From positions 19,317 to 83,316 of the forward strand of contig JAZRVF010000002.1 of the NCBI GenBank assembly GCA_045599005.1: DNA of 64,000 bases, read 5' to 3'. The stretch is from Treponemataceae bacterium. Lineage in GTDB: Bacteria > Spirochaetota > Spirochaetia > Treponematales > Treponemataceae. Positions 1 to 9,760 of the stretch are shown here, piece by piece (position 1 is the stretch's first letter; the number at the start of each line of letters is the position of its first letter). The notes under the pieces are model-generated. The model was given only the letters and a program-made list of their open reading frames with translations, made no database searches and was not told the DNA's origin. A program made the position numbers and the translations under genes.

Positions 1-3000
1 AATCTGTGGTTCATCAGAAACAGAATCATCTGCAACAGGTTCTTCTGCTACCGGTTCCTCTTCAGGAATTTCTTCTGTCTCTTCCATTACAGGTGAGTCT
101 TCTTCAGCAACGGGTTCTTCGACTGTCTCCTCAAAAGTGCTGTCCATCTGGGGAATGTCAATTTCGTCAGGGAGTTCTGAGGGAACTTCTGCTTCAGGAT
201 CATCAAGTCCGAAATCATTTCCGTCAAAAGCAGGCTCTTCGATAATCGGCTCTTCAACTTCAGGCATTTCGATTGACATATCCTCTTCAATCTGAGCCAT
301 GGGTTCAATCTCTGCTTCTTCAGTTTCAGCATCCAGATCAGACTCTTCAGTTACTGATTCTGCAGGCTGGCCTTCGAATACCGGAGCTTCAGCGGTTTCT
401 TCGGTGAAGTCTGCACTGTTAAGAATGTTATTCAGTTCGTCACCGGAAAGAGCGATTGTATCGTCCTCTCCGTCGTCAGCAAAGAAACCACCACTTGTTC
501 CAGCAGATTCTTCTGCAACCGGTTCAATGACCGGATCCTCTTCAACAGGAATGTCTTCGGAAACTTCCTGAGGAATAAACTGTTCCGGTTCAACGGATTT
601 TTCTGCTTTGAGCGCGTCAATGTCTGTGCGCAGTGTATTTATTTCAGAACGAAGAGCGGAAAGCTCGTTCATAATCTTGTTTAATACATCGTTTGTAGAT
701 GTGTTGGAATCTGAAATGATGGGTTCTTCATTCATGCTGGTGAAATCCTCCGTGAAATCAACAGAATCAGTATACTCCGAAATACTTGAGTTATCAAGTT
801 TATTATCAAAATCACTGAGCAAACTGCTTACAGTGGGTATGTCGCTGTCAGTGATTGTGTCAGCTGCAAACTGGGCAATATCGTTTCGGTCACAGTTTTC
901 AGCCGTATCAACTGTGCTGACGAAAGCATCCATTTCATTCTGGTCAAAATCAGGCTGGCGGGACAGGAAACTTTCTTCCGCGTCAGAAACTTCCGGTTCC
1001 TGAACGGGCTCTTCCTGGGGAATCTCTTCCTCCTGTACGATAGGATACTCGGAGTCAGACTCGTACTGGAAAGAGCAGGGATCGCCGGAAGAAGTTGATT
1101 CTTCTGTTGCAACCTCAATTTGAGGAGAAAGGGCAGAGGATTCCTCCTGAACGGGTACTTCTTCGACCGGAGACTCTTCTGTATCAGGTTCCACAACCGT
1201 TTCCTCCGGAGTTTCCTCAGCCAAAGCTGAAAAATCAGTGGAATCAATCATGTTGAAAGCTTCTTTCAAATCAATGTCATCAGGTAAGTCCAAATCTTCG
1301 GGCAACGATAAATCCTGCATAATGTTCTCATCCTCTGTAATAGTATTCTGTTCTGTATCAGGAGAGATTTCCTCCGATTCAGTTATTTCTTCCTTAACCG
1401 GTTCATCTGGAACAATGTCTTCTGCAATTGTTTCTTCTGCAACAGTTTCTTCCGGCAGAGGCTGGCTTATGGCCGGATCAGTCTCCTGCTCAGCAAGTGG
1501 ATCTTTGGCCTGTTCAAAAGGGTCTGTTTCGTCAATAAACTGGATTGAATCATCAAAGTCTGCCATGTCAGAAAGTGAGAATGATGAACTGGCTCCCTCA
1601 ATCGGTGCAGAAATATTGAATCCTTCTGATTCATCTCTGTCAGTGTACAGTTCAACAACGGCCTCTTCTTCCTCTTCCTCCTGAACTGTTGCGCTCTGTG
1701 CAGCTGGTTTCTCTTCGTCTTCCATTGACACAAAAAGGTCGTAATCACGCTGTTTTGCAGGTCCTGAAACCGAAACGGCTCCTGTTTCCGCTTTTGCAAC
1801 CGGCGCATCGTCTGTGAAAGAATTGAGCAGGTCATCAAACTCGGAAACATCATCGAAGGAAATTTCTGATGAGGCAGGCTGTTCTTCAACCGGTGCTGCT
1901 GTTTCGCCGATGTCAGTGATGTTCTCGAAAATGTCATCAAAGTTGTCAAAGGAATCACCGGTAAACACGGCGTCCATAAAATCATTTTCACCTTCAATGT
2001 TGTCTTCCGGGTTTGCAACTGTTTCCATCACAAAGTTGTCGTCAAAGGAAAGTTCAATTTCCAATGGCGGATCATTTATGATATCATTCTTCTCTTTTTT
2101 CTTTGCAGGGATGAAATCCTCAAGAGAAACTGATTCTGTGGAACTGTCAGAAAAATCAATTCCGAATTCATCAAGGGACACAGATTCTGTTCCGTCGCCG
2201 GAATTACTGTCAAAATCCACACCGAATTCATCAAGACTGATTTCTTCTTCCCTGCCTGATTCAACAGCAGCTGTAACTGCGGCAATTGTTGAAGCGGCAA
2301 CGGGCATGTCAGGTTCATCAAAATCCATTCCGTCAAGAAAATCATCCAGGCTGACTTCCTCTGTGGCACTGAAATCAATCTCCTCCGGTTCTCCGGATTT
2401 TTTCTCCGGCTCTGTAGAAACCGGCTGGTCTTCGGTGACTGATTCTTCAACAATGGGGGAAGATTCTGCAGGTGCCTCAAGACCGGTTTCCTCAAAAATG
2501 GAATTGTCAAAAGGATCTTTGGGCAGACTGGCTTGTTCAAGGGTTTCTGTTTTTTCCGGCTGGAAATCTGTTTCAAAATCTTCAATTGAAGGAAGTTGTT
2601 CTGAAAGAATCGATTCTGCAGGAAGTGATTCTTCTGGGAAAATCGGTTCCTCAGGAGAAACAGGTTCCTCCTGAATCAATGAATCTGTAAATGAGTCTGT
2701 GAAAGAAAGTTCGTCCATAGATTCCGGGAAAGAGTCCTGAAAAACAGGATCCGGGATTTCTTCTTCTGAAGCTGTTTCTGCGGGTTCCGCAAAATCATAG
2801 GATGAAAGAGGCGTAAGTTCGTTGGTTTCTGAAAGGTTTTCAAATTCAATGTCACCAAAAACTTCCGGTTCAGTCTCGGTAAAATCATTTTCCAGAGAAT
2901 CCGTAAGGTCGTCTGCTGAAAAATCTTCATTAAAATCGGCAGTTCCTGCAGCACCCAGTGATTCGGTTGTCTCATTGAGTGCAGAATCTTCCATATCGTT

Positions 3001-3333
3001 GAATTCCAGGTTTTCAGGTTTTTCCGGTTCAGTTTCTTCAATTGTTTGGTTGATGTCATCCTGGGCATTCTCAGAAACCTCTGAAGAAGAATCATTCAGG
3101 AAATCAGAGAGAGAGATCTCTTCCTCTGCGGAATTGTCTGCGCTTACAGATTGGAAGACAGAATCTTCCTCTGTAAATAGGGTTGAAGCAGTTTCAACGG
3201 TAAAAGTATTGTCAAAAGGATTGATGGAAAGAGAATCCGGCACGGGACGTTTTACCCACACTCCATACTTTTCAAGTTCTTCCGACTGCATGTTTGTCAA
3301 ATCATTGTTTTTGTTTTCTTGTTCAAGAGACAT
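1..3333 (-). CDS. Very large (>1111 aa; C-terminus beyond left edge) acidic, Phe-punctuated low-complexity protein with a short central coiled coil; function unknown
   Basis: Hand-checked codon by codon: the minus frame ending at 3333 has no stop from 3333 down to base 1. It is absent from the ORF track because no stop lies in the window. ATG = plus-strand cat at 3331-3333, with a GGGGAG SD-like element just upstream and an in-frame upstream stop at 3376-3378. Product starts MSLEQENKNNDLTNMQSEELEKYGVWVKRPVPD, then is E/D/S/F/P-rich. LNKIMNELSALRSEINTLRTDIDALKAEK is encoded around 600-690. Confidence 0.75.
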   Translation of the reverse strand, partial: MSLEQENKNNDLTNMQSEELEKYGVWVKRPVPDSLSINPFDNTFTVETASTLFTEEDSVFQSVSADNSAEEEISLSDFLNDSSSEVSENAQDDINQTIEETEPEKPENLEFNDMEDSALNETTESLGAAGTADFNEDFSADDLTDSLENDFTETEPEVFGDIEFENLSETNELTPLSSYDFAEPAETASEEEIPDPVFQDSFPESMDELSFTDSFTDSLIQEEPVSPEEPIFPEESLPAESILSEQLPSIEDFETDFQPEKTETLEQASLPKDPFDNSIFEETGLEAPAESSPIVEESVTEDQPVSTEPEKKSGEPEEIDFSATEEVSLDDFLDGMDFDEPDMPVAASTIAAVTAAVESGREEEISLDEFGVDFDSNSGDGTESVSLDEFGIDFSDSSTESVSLEDFIPAKKKEKNDIINDPPLEIELSFDDNFVMETVANPEDNIEGENDFMDAVFTGDSFDNFDDIFENITDIGETAAPVEEQPASSEISFDDVSEFDDLLNSFTDDAPVAKAETGAVSVSGPAKQRDYDLFVSMEDEEKPAAQSATVQEEEEEEAVVELYTDRDESEGFNISAPIEGASSSFSLSDMADFDDSIQFIDETDPFEQAKDPLAEQETDPAISQPLPEETVAEETIAEDIVPDEPVKEEITESEEISPDTEQNTITEDENIMQDLSLPEDLDLPDDIDLKEAFNMIDSTDFSALAEETPEETVVEPDTEESPVEEVPVQEESSALSPQIEVATEESTSSGDPCSFQYESDSEYPIVQEEEIPQEEPVQEPEVSDAEESFLSRQPDFDQNEMDAFVSTVDTAENCDRNDIAQFAADTITDSDIPTVSSLLSDFDNKLDNSSISEYTDSVDFTEDFTSMNEEPIISDSNTSTNDVLNKIMNELSALRSEINTLRTDIDALKAEKSVEPEQFIPQEVSEDIPVEEDPVIEPVAEESAGTSGGFFADDGEDDTIALSGDELNNILNSADFTEETAEAPVFEGQPAESVTEESDLDAETEEAEIEPMAQIEEDMSIEMPEVEEPIIEEPAFDGNDFGLDDPEAEVPSELPDEIDIPQMDSTFEETVEEPVAEEDSPVMEETEEIPEEEPVAEEPVADDSVSDEPQI

Positions 3334-3518
3334 ATTCACTCCCCGAAGATGAACTCTGAAAATGCGCAGAAAATTTCAGAGATTTTCATAGGTTGTTTTA
3401 TCGGCATTTTCCCTGAATTTCTGAAGGATTTTTTTTACTGGGAAAAATTCATGAAAAGTTGGGCGTTTTTTGAATTTCATAAGTGTGGAAATTCGACTAT
3501 TGTGCCGAAAAATTTCCT

Positions 3519-3980
3519 ATGTCGCATATAAAGTTTTTGATCTCATTAATAATCGGTATTGCAGTTTACACAATCTTCAGCGTTGTTGCAGGACAGAATG
3601 GAATTCTTGCATACAATCAGCTTTATGAGCAGAAACTCGCACTTACCGAGCATGTCTCAGAACTGAATGCGATAAATGAAAGTCTTGTTACTGATTACCG
3701 CGCTCTGCAGAGTGACCGGGCAACCATTGAATCTTTTGCAAAAAAAATGGGATTTGTGGAAGAAGGTCAGATCCTGGTGAAAATCAACGGAATCTCCGAA
3801 CGGGAAATGCGTGTCTATGATACAGGAACTGTAATGAGGATTGAGCCGGTTGCATTCATTGATGAACGGATCTGCAAAATTGCCGGAATCGCAGGATTTC
3901 TTGTCTCAATCATGATTTTCTGCATTCAGTCACTTTCTGCTTATGCGCGCAATACCCGTTTTGCAAAAGAAACAATCTGA
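3519..3980 (+). CDS. FtsB/DivIC-like septum formation initiator family membrane protein
   Basis: ORF 3483..3980; the more likely start is ATG 3519 (MSHIKF). N-terminal TM helix (FLISLIIGIAVYTIFSVVAG), then a coiled coil and IESFAKKMGFVEEGQILV, as in DivIC/FtsB family proteins. There is an extra C-terminal hydrophobic helix. Confidence 0.55.
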   Translation: MSHIKFLISLIIGIAVYTIFSVVAGQNGILAYNQLYEQKLALTEHVSELNAINESLVTDYRALQSDRATIESFAKKMGFVEEGQILVKINGISEREMRVYDTGTVMRIEPVAFIDERICKIAGIAGFLVSIMIFCIQSLSAYARNTRFAKETI

Positions 3981-4570
3981 TGACCATTCTTAAAACTGAT
4001 TCTGATTCTGCACTGAAAACCGCCGATGCTCTCCGCTCCGGCAAAATCGTCATTATTCCTACCGACACAGTTTATGGGTTCAGCGGCCTTGTCTGCTCCC
4101 AGTTTGATTCCAAAGCTTTGATTTTTGCCGCGAAAGGGCGGGCTGAGAACAAACCGCTTATCCAGCTTGTAAGCAGCGTGGAAATGCTGTCCCGCTACAC
4201 AAAGGATGTGCTTCCTGAGGAACTTGCCGCTCTGTGGCCCGGTCCCCTGACAGTCATAATGAACAATCTTGAAGGCGGGACAACTGCCTTCCGCTGTCCC
4301 GGCGAAAAATGGCTTCGAGATGTGATTGAACTTTCAGGCGGCCCGCTTTACTCAACCAGTGTGAATAAAAGCGGCGAACCTGTGCTTTATGATGTACGCA
4401 GGATGGAAGAAGTTTTTGCACAGGATGTTGCCTTGATTGTTGACGGCGGAAATGCCGACCCGGACGCGAAACCTTCAACAATTGTTGCATTGTCCGACGG
4501 AGAAGTGAAAATTATCCGTCAGGGTGCGCTCAGTGTGCCCTCACACCTGCTTTCTGGTAAGCAACTCTAG
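3980..4570 (+). CDS. tsaC: L-threonylcarbamoyladenylate synthase (TsaC/YrdC/Sua5 family)
   Basis: IIPTDTVYGFSG, KGRAENKPLIQLV, WPGPLTVI and STSVNKSGEP motifs of the YrdC domain. Start overlaps the previous stop (TGATG). Confidence 0.85.
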   Translation: MTILKTDSDSALKTADALRSGKIVIIPTDTVYGFSGLVCSQFDSKALIFAAKGRAENKPLIQLVSSVEMLSRYTKDVLPEELAALWPGPLTVIMNNLEGGTTAFRCPGEKWLRDVIELSGGPLYSTSVNKSGEPVLYDVRRMEEVFAQDVALIVDGGNADPDAKPSTIVALSDGEVKIIRQGALSVPSHLLSGKQL

Positions 4571-5024
4571 GCGATCCGTCCTCAACGTAAATAATTCCGC
4601 AGTAAGTGAAACCGGCTTTCTCAAGAGTATGCTGCATGGGCTTGTTGTCTGCATGAGTGTCTACGCGGATATTGTCCGTTTTTTCAGAACAGAAGTCCAG
4701 GGCACGCTGGAAAAACCCGTGATGAATCCCGTCAGAGGCTATTCTGTGGATTGTTCCGTAAGGCTCATCATTAAGCCATCGGCCTTCGTAAATCTTTATG
4801 TAAGTTGCATCCTCCCCAAGAATGAATGCAAAAACACCTGTCAGTTCTGAATCAGTCTCTTCCACATAAAGATGCTGCTTTGAAATGTCATTCAGCAGCA
4901 GTTCCCTTGAAGGATAGCCGTTGATCCATTGGGAACTGTTCCCGTTCTGACGCATGAAGCTGCGCCCGATATTGAAAAGTTCAGTGATTCTTTCCAAATC
5001 ATCAATTGTTGCGTTTCTGATCAT
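4530..5024 (-). CDS. GNAT family N-acetyltransferase
   Basis: 164-aa ORF with GNAT-like layout (MIRNATIDDLERITELF..., HHGFFQRALDFC..., HADNKPMQHTLEKAGF). Its 3' end overlaps the tsaC 3' end by 41 nt (convergent). Confidence 0.75.
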   Translation of the reverse strand: MIRNATIDDLERITELFNIGRSFMRQNGNSSQWINGYPSRELLLNDISKQHLYVEETDSELTGVFAFILGEDATYIKIYEGRWLNDEPYGTIHRIASDGIHHGFFQRALDFCSEKTDNIRVDTHADNKPMQHTLEKAGFTYCGIIYVEDGSPRVAYQKAGVRAH

Positions 5025-5078
5025 GAAGTAATTTTATGGAAATTGACGTCATGTTGCAATAAATGGTATTGTTTTTCC

Positions 5079-5786
5079 ATGGCTCAGTCACAGTTTGATT
5101 TTTCCGTGGAATTGAAGCGCCAGTTGCAGCGCAAGATTCTGCTTTTAATAATTGTTTTTCTTTCAGTTTTTACAGTAATCAACCTTCTGTTTTCTTTTAT
5201 TGTTTTTCCTGTTTCTGTGGTATCAGAATCCATGGCTCCCGAATACAGAAGCGGAAGCCGTGTTTTTGTTGCGGCAACCAACGGTGAAAAACCCCTTTTC
5301 TGGCAGAAAAAGGATATTGTGCGCGGCTCAGTTGTGTACCTGAATCCTGATTTTTCTGAATACAGAGGCTGGCTGCCGGAATTGGGAAAAATGTTCGGAA
5401 ACTTTTTTCTTTTCCAGAATTACAACACCATTCTTGAAGGCGGAATTTCTGCCAATGCGGACACTCTGCGCCGTGTTGTGGGAATGCCAGGTGACACAAT
5501 CTACATGAAAAACTATGAGCTGTATGTGAAACCGGCAGGAGAAAGTCATTTTCTTACTGAATCGGAAATGGCCCAGATTACTTACGAAACTTCCATAGAA
5601 GGCAGCACTTCTCATGACGGAAGAATCGGTGTGCCTCAGGAAATGGATGAGATTGTTCTTGGCGACAATGAGTATTTCCTGCTGGCAGATAACCGGGTTT
5701 CCTCAATTGACTCACGTCTTTACGGACCTGTGAAAGCTTCGCAGATCAAAGGTGTCGCTGTCTGGCGGTTCTTCCCTTTCAGCTGA
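5079..5786 (+). CDS. lepB: Signal peptidase I (S26 family)
   Basis: ORF 4929..5786. The upstream part overlaps the GNAT gene, so ATG 5079 (MAQSQFDF) is the likely start. TM helix, catalytic Ser box SESMAPE, VVGMPGDTI, and ADNRVSSIDSRLYGPV (GDNRxxSxDSR-type box). Confidence 0.85.
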   Translation: MAQSQFDFSVELKRQLQRKILLLIIVFLSVFTVINLLFSFIVFPVSVVSESMAPEYRSGSRVFVAATNGEKPLFWQKKDIVRGSVVYLNPDFSEYRGWLPELGKMFGNFFLFQNYNTILEGGISANADTLRRVVGMPGDTIYMKNYELYVKPAGESHFLTESEMAQITYETSIEGSTSHDGRIGVPQEMDEIVLGDNEYFLLADNRVSSIDSRLYGPVKASQIKGVAVWRFFPFS

Positions 5787-5796
5787 TTCTTTCTTT

Positions 5797-6969
5797 ATGG
5801 CAGCCCTTTATATCCACATTCCTTTCTGTCTTTCAAAATGTGCTTACTGTGATTTTTTTTCATTGCCTGTGAAATCTGTGAGTGATGACTATGTGGATGC
5901 TCTCTGCGCGGAGATTCCTTTACGATGCGGACAGTTCGGTATCCGTTCTTTTGAGACTTTATATATTGGCGGGGGAACTCCCAGTCTTCTTTCTGGCGCT
6001 CAGCTTGAAAAAATCCTGAGAACCGTTTTTTCGCTTTCAGAAAAAAAGCCGGAAGAAATCACCATTGAAGCAAATCCAGCTGATCTGACAGTGGGTTTTC
6101 TTGATACAATCAGCTTTCTTGGGATAAACAGGCTTTCTGTGGGAATCCAGTCAACTGATCCGGAAGTCCTTCTCACATTGAACCGGAGAAGTGATTCACA
6201 ATGCGTTTTTTCTGCCCTGGAGCTTCTTAAAAACTTCTGGGTCGGCAGAAAAAACAACAGGCTTTCTCTGGATTTTATCTCAGGTTTGCCCGGACTTACT
6301 GACGAATGCTTTATGAAAGGTCTGGAGCTTGGTGCCGGTTGCGGTGCTGATCACATTTCTCTCTATGCCCTGACACTGGAAGAAGAAACTCCGTTGTACA
6401 GAATGGTGGAAAAAGAGGAAGTTCCCTATGACCAGGATACAAATGACAGACAATGGCTTATGGGCCGTGTTTTTCTTGAGCAGAAAGGATTTTTCCAGTA
6501 CGAAGTCTCCAATTTCTGCAGGCCGGAATGTGAGAGTCGTCATAATATGACTTACTGGCTTCAGAATGATTACATCGGAGTTGGGGCCGGGGCAACCGGA
6601 ACAGTCGGCCGGTTACGGTACACGGACACAGATGATGTTTGCGCTTACTGCAAAGCTCTGTCGTCGGGACAACTGCCGCCTGCAGAAACAGAAAACCTGG
6701 ATAATGACACGAAAGAGTTTGAATTTCTTATGATGGGTTTTCGCTTAAGACAGGGGATAAGCGAATCTGAATACTTTAAGAGATTCGGACAGAGTCTTGA
6801 AGAGCGACTCTGCGGCAAAAAACAGACCAGCGCAAAAGGAGTTTTTGCCCGCTGGCAGGAGAAAGGGCTTGCATACACTTACAGCGCTCCGGACGGAAAA
6901 GACACATTCTACGCTTTGACCGGGGAAGGTCTCCTGCTTCTGAACCGTTTTCTTACCGAGCTGCTGTAA
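5797..6969 (+). CDS. hemW: Radical SAM heme chaperone HemW / coproporphyrinogen-III-oxidase-like protein
   Basis: ORF 5752..6969; likely start ATG 5797 (MAALYIHIPFCLSKCAYCDFFS) with a CxxxCxxC radical-SAM cluster motif. About 390 aa, the HemN/HemW-like length. Confidence 0.85.
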   Translation: MAALYIHIPFCLSKCAYCDFFSLPVKSVSDDYVDALCAEIPLRCGQFGIRSFETLYIGGGTPSLLSGAQLEKILRTVFSLSEKKPEEITIEANPADLTVGFLDTISFLGINRLSVGIQSTDPEVLLTLNRRSDSQCVFSALELLKNFWVGRKNNRLSLDFISGLPGLTDECFMKGLELGAGCGADHISLYALTLEEETPLYRMVEKEEVPYDQDTNDRQWLMGRVFLEQKGFFQYEVSNFCRPECESRHNMTYWLQNDYIGVGAGATGTVGRLRYTDTDDVCAYCKALSSGQLPPAETENLDNDTKEFEFLMMGFRLRQGISESEYFKRFGQSLEERLCGKKQTSAKGVFARWQEKGLAYTYSAPDGKDTFYALTGEGLLLLNRFLTELL

Positions 6970-6987
6970 GTCTTCACTGATAATGAT

Positions 6988-7575
6988 TCAGTCTTCCACA
7001 GAAAATTCCACGTCTTCTGCGTCCGCTTCGGTAACAGTTCCGACAATGAAATTCTGTTTTTCCTTTGCTTTATAAGTCCAGACAGCAAGAACAACGGCCG
7101 CAATAACTACAAGCACTCCCAGGACACGTACAATGATTTCTCCCACTGTGGCAGGCATGATGAAAAGTACGATTGAAAGAATTGCAGAAATCAGAATCTC
7201 ACCGATAAAGGGTTTTGTCTCCAGACCATTGTTTTTAAGTATGTAAACGTCGTACAGCTGGACAAGACAGGAAACAGCAAGTTCTGTGGCCAGAATGTAC
7301 ATCATTATTGTCCATGCGGTTTTTGCGATTGCAAGAGGAAGAATAACGGCAAGAAGGCCGACAACTATTCCAAGAATGGAACGGCCGGTGACAGTCCACA
7401 GGAACACAGGTGAATCAACCAGGTGACGTGCCGTAAAAAAGGCGAATACACCGCTTGCAACAGAAGCAATACCAGCCAGAATCACAAGAACTTTAATGAA
7501 TGACGAAGGAGCTGAAACCATCATCAGTCCCAGAATCATCGCAAGAATTGCAAAAATGTAAAAATGCTTTTTCAT
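6988..7575 (-). CDS. Multi-pass membrane protein, HdeD/DUF308-like
   Basis: 195 aa with about 6 hydrophobic helices carrying repeated G-rich GIxxxxxG patterns, plus an acidic C-terminal tail. The family call is tentative. Confidence 0.5.
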   Translation of the reverse strand: MKKHFYIFAILAMILGLMMVSAPSSFIKVLVILAGIASVASGVFAFFTARHLVDSPVFLWTVTGRSILGIVVGLLAVILPLAIAKTAWTIMMYILATELAVSCLVQLYDVYILKNNGLETKPFIGEILISAILSIVLFIMPATVGEIIVRVLGVLVVIAAVVLAVWTYKAKEKQNFIVGTVTEADAEDVEFSVED

Positions 7576-7601
7576 ATAATTCTCCGTAATTAATTTTGCA
7601 C

Positions 7602-9329
7602 TTATTTATCCAGTTCGGCAAGTTTTTTGTGAAGTTCCATGACCTGAAGATGCAGATAATGGTCAACAACCGGTTTTTCGACAATGCCGAGAAGATTTCC
7701 CTTGTCATCCACAACCGGAAGAGCTTCTGTGTCCGTTGCCTCAAAAAGCTGGTAGACATCGGGAATAGACATGTCAGGCTTTACGGATGAAGAACAGGGT
7801 TCCTGAATGTCCATGGCCATGATTCCGTCAGACATCTCCATGATCAGAAGACATTCCTTAAGGTGATCCAGTGTGATCATTCCTGCAAATTTTCCGTCGG
7901 CTGACTTTACAGCATAGTTCAGGTTCTGATGAGTACTGAATGAGTCCAGAATCTCATGGAGTTTTGTAGTCTCTGTAACAATTGCCGGTGATTCAGGAGA
8001 ACAGATTGAGACGCCCTGCATCGTGACATCCTGGACGCGGCAGGTCTTCATTATGTCTTCCTCACAGATATCAAGGCCGCATTCTCCAGCACCGTTCACT
8101 GCGTGTTTAACACAGACAGGCCCCAGAATCTGCACCACAAACGTTGTCGCCGTAATAATCAGGATGATTGTAGGACCGAGCGTATCTGCGTAAGTCTGGC
8201 CTGCCGCAATACTCAGTCCGATTGCGACACCGGCCTGGCTCAGAAGACACCAGGGCAGATATTTCTGGACGGTTTTCGGTGCGTGAGTCAATTTGGAACC
8301 GACACGGGAACCGATTGATTTACCGACAGTGCGGCAGATGATGTACAGCAGTGCGATGATTCCCACATAAGGTGTCACGTTCCAGACGTTCAGTTTTGCA
8401 CCGACAAGTACAAAGAACAGAACGTAGATTGGCGGTGTGAATTTCTCAACAAGAGAAAAAGTTGGACGGGTTTTTGCCGGAGCGAAGTTCACCATGAAGA
8501 AACCGATGGACATTGCTGCAAGGATATTGTCCAGATCAAGGAAACTGCAGATTCCGGTTGAAAGGAAAAGAGAGCCGAGAGAGAAGGCAAGTATGCGGCC
8601 CTCGTCAGTCATCACATTTCTGATGAACTTGCTCAGCAGGAATCCGATCGCAGAACCAAGTGCGATTGAAACGAAAACATCGTAGGCAAGAGTGAGAAGC
8701 TGTTTGCCAAGGGTTCCGCCTGTATAGCCCAGAAGTGAACTTGCTATGCTTGAAGCAAAAGCATAAAGAATCAGCGCTACGGCATCATCCATTGCTACAA
8801 TACCCAGGACAGTGGTTGTAAGCGGTCCTCGGGTTCTGTTCTCGCGGAGGACATCTGTTGTGGCAGCGGGAGCAGTGGCGGAAGAGATGGCACCAAGTAT
8901 GAGACCCAGTGCAAGAGAAGTGCTGAAATCTTTGGTGATAAGGAAAGAAACTGAGGTGACTACGAAACTGACCACGAAAAAGGGAACAATCGCTTCAAAA
9001 AGAAGGATTCCGGTGAACTGTTTACCGTATTTTTTCAGCACGGAAAGCTTGAGCTCCCCACCGATAAGGAAACCTATGAGTGAAAGGGCAACGGAACTGA
9101 CAGGATCCAGTGAGACGATTACCAGTGAACTGAGCACCTGGAATCCGGACTGGCCGATTATAATACCGATTACGATGTAACCGACAACCTGAGGAATCCG
9201 GAGCTTCTGGAAAAGTCTTCCGCCCATTGCGCCGAGCAGAAGAATGATGCCCATGAGGAGAACAAGATTTGCACCGTTAAGGGCATTGAAATGCATAAAA
9301 TCAGGAAGAAACTGAGCAAAGATATTCAT
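7602..9329 (-). CDS. Cation:proton antiporter (CPA2/Kef-type Na+/H+ exchanger domain) with C-terminal CBS-domain pair
   Basis: ORF 7602..9410; probable start at 9329 (MNIFAQFLPDF...). LLLGAMGGRLFQKLRIPQVVGYIVIGIIIGQSG is the typical CPA2 N-terminus, followed by about 12 TM helices. The C-terminal ~150 aa has two CBS-like repeats (…VQDVTMQGVSICSPE…, …AMDIQEPCSSSVKPDMSIPDV…LPVVDDKGNLLGIVE). Confidence 0.8.
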   Translation of the reverse strand: MNIFAQFLPDFMHFNALNGANLVLLMGIILLLGAMGGRLFQKLRIPQVVGYIVIGIIIGQSGFQVLSSLVIVSLDPVSSVALSLIGFLIGGELKLSVLKKYGKQFTGILLFEAIVPFFVVSFVVTSVSFLITKDFSTSLALGLILGAISSATAPAATTDVLRENRTRGPLTTTVLGIVAMDDAVALILYAFASSIASSLLGYTGGTLGKQLLTLAYDVFVSIALGSAIGFLLSKFIRNVMTDEGRILAFSLGSLFLSTGICSFLDLDNILAAMSIGFFMVNFAPAKTRPTFSLVEKFTPPIYVLFFVLVGAKLNVWNVTPYVGIIALLYIICRTVGKSIGSRVGSKLTHAPKTVQKYLPWCLLSQAGVAIGLSIAAGQTYADTLGPTIILIITATTFVVQILGPVCVKHAVNGAGECGLDICEEDIMKTCRVQDVTMQGVSICSPESPAIVTETTKLHEILDSFSTHQNLNYAVKSADGKFAGMITLDHLKECLLIMEMSDGIMAMDIQEPCSSSVKPDMSIPDVYQLFEATDTEALPVVDDKGNLLGIVEKPVVDHYLHLQVMELHKKLAELDK

Positions 9330-9478
9330 GGGAACAATCTTAGCAAGTTGCGCTTTGATAGTCCATAAAAAATAATGCAAAAAAGCGTAATAAAAGGTAA
9401 CACTTTTCACTTGATTCCGGGTTAAGTATAATGATTCTGAAAAAAAACAGGAAATACAAAGACATAAAGAGGTAAATC

Positions 9479-9760
9479 ATGAAAGATTATGATTCAAACG
9501 AAAAGGCTGCGATTGCATCAGGAAAGAAGCTTTTCTGGACACTCACGACAATTGTTTATCTGTGGATCAGTTTCACAACTGGAAAATGGGCAATTTCCTG
9601 GCTCGTCTGGCTTATTGCAGTAGCTGTGGAACAGGCCGCCACAATGTTCTATTACATGTTCAAAGCCGGTTCTGATAAAGAAAGTAAAGTGACTTACGAA
9701 AGTGATGCAAAACGTCATTTTGATGACGACGCTTCAAGACGTGAGGTTTCAAAAGAATGA
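9479..9760 (+). CDS. Small two-TM membrane protein, unknown function
   Basis: 93-aa ORF with an AGAGG RBS upstream and two hydrophobic helices. Its stop overlaps the start of the next gene (ATGA). Confidence 0.5.
   Translation: MKDYDSNEKAAIASGKKLFWTLTTIVYLWISFTTGKWAISWLVWLIAVAVEQAATMFYYMFKAGSDKESKVTYESDAKRHFDDDASRREVSKE

Noticed and set aside
6-3352. About a dozen track ORFs on both strands (Ser-rich plus-strand frames such as 1814..2674 and 2822..3352; Lys/Leu-rich minus frames such as 1467..2018 and 2076..2585)
   Set aside because: All are shadow frames of the GAA/GAT-rich coding frame. The only frame open across the entire 3.3 kb is the minus frame ending at 3333, which gives a coherent acidic protein with an SD and ATG.
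4929-5078. N-terminal extensions in the ORF track for lepB (4929), hemW (5752), hup (10759), gap (44592), thioesterase (25798) and the LolA-like gene (19499)
   Set aside because: The extensions overlap neighbouring genes or lack an RBS. Internal ATGs with SD-like sequences give N-termini matching the family consensus.
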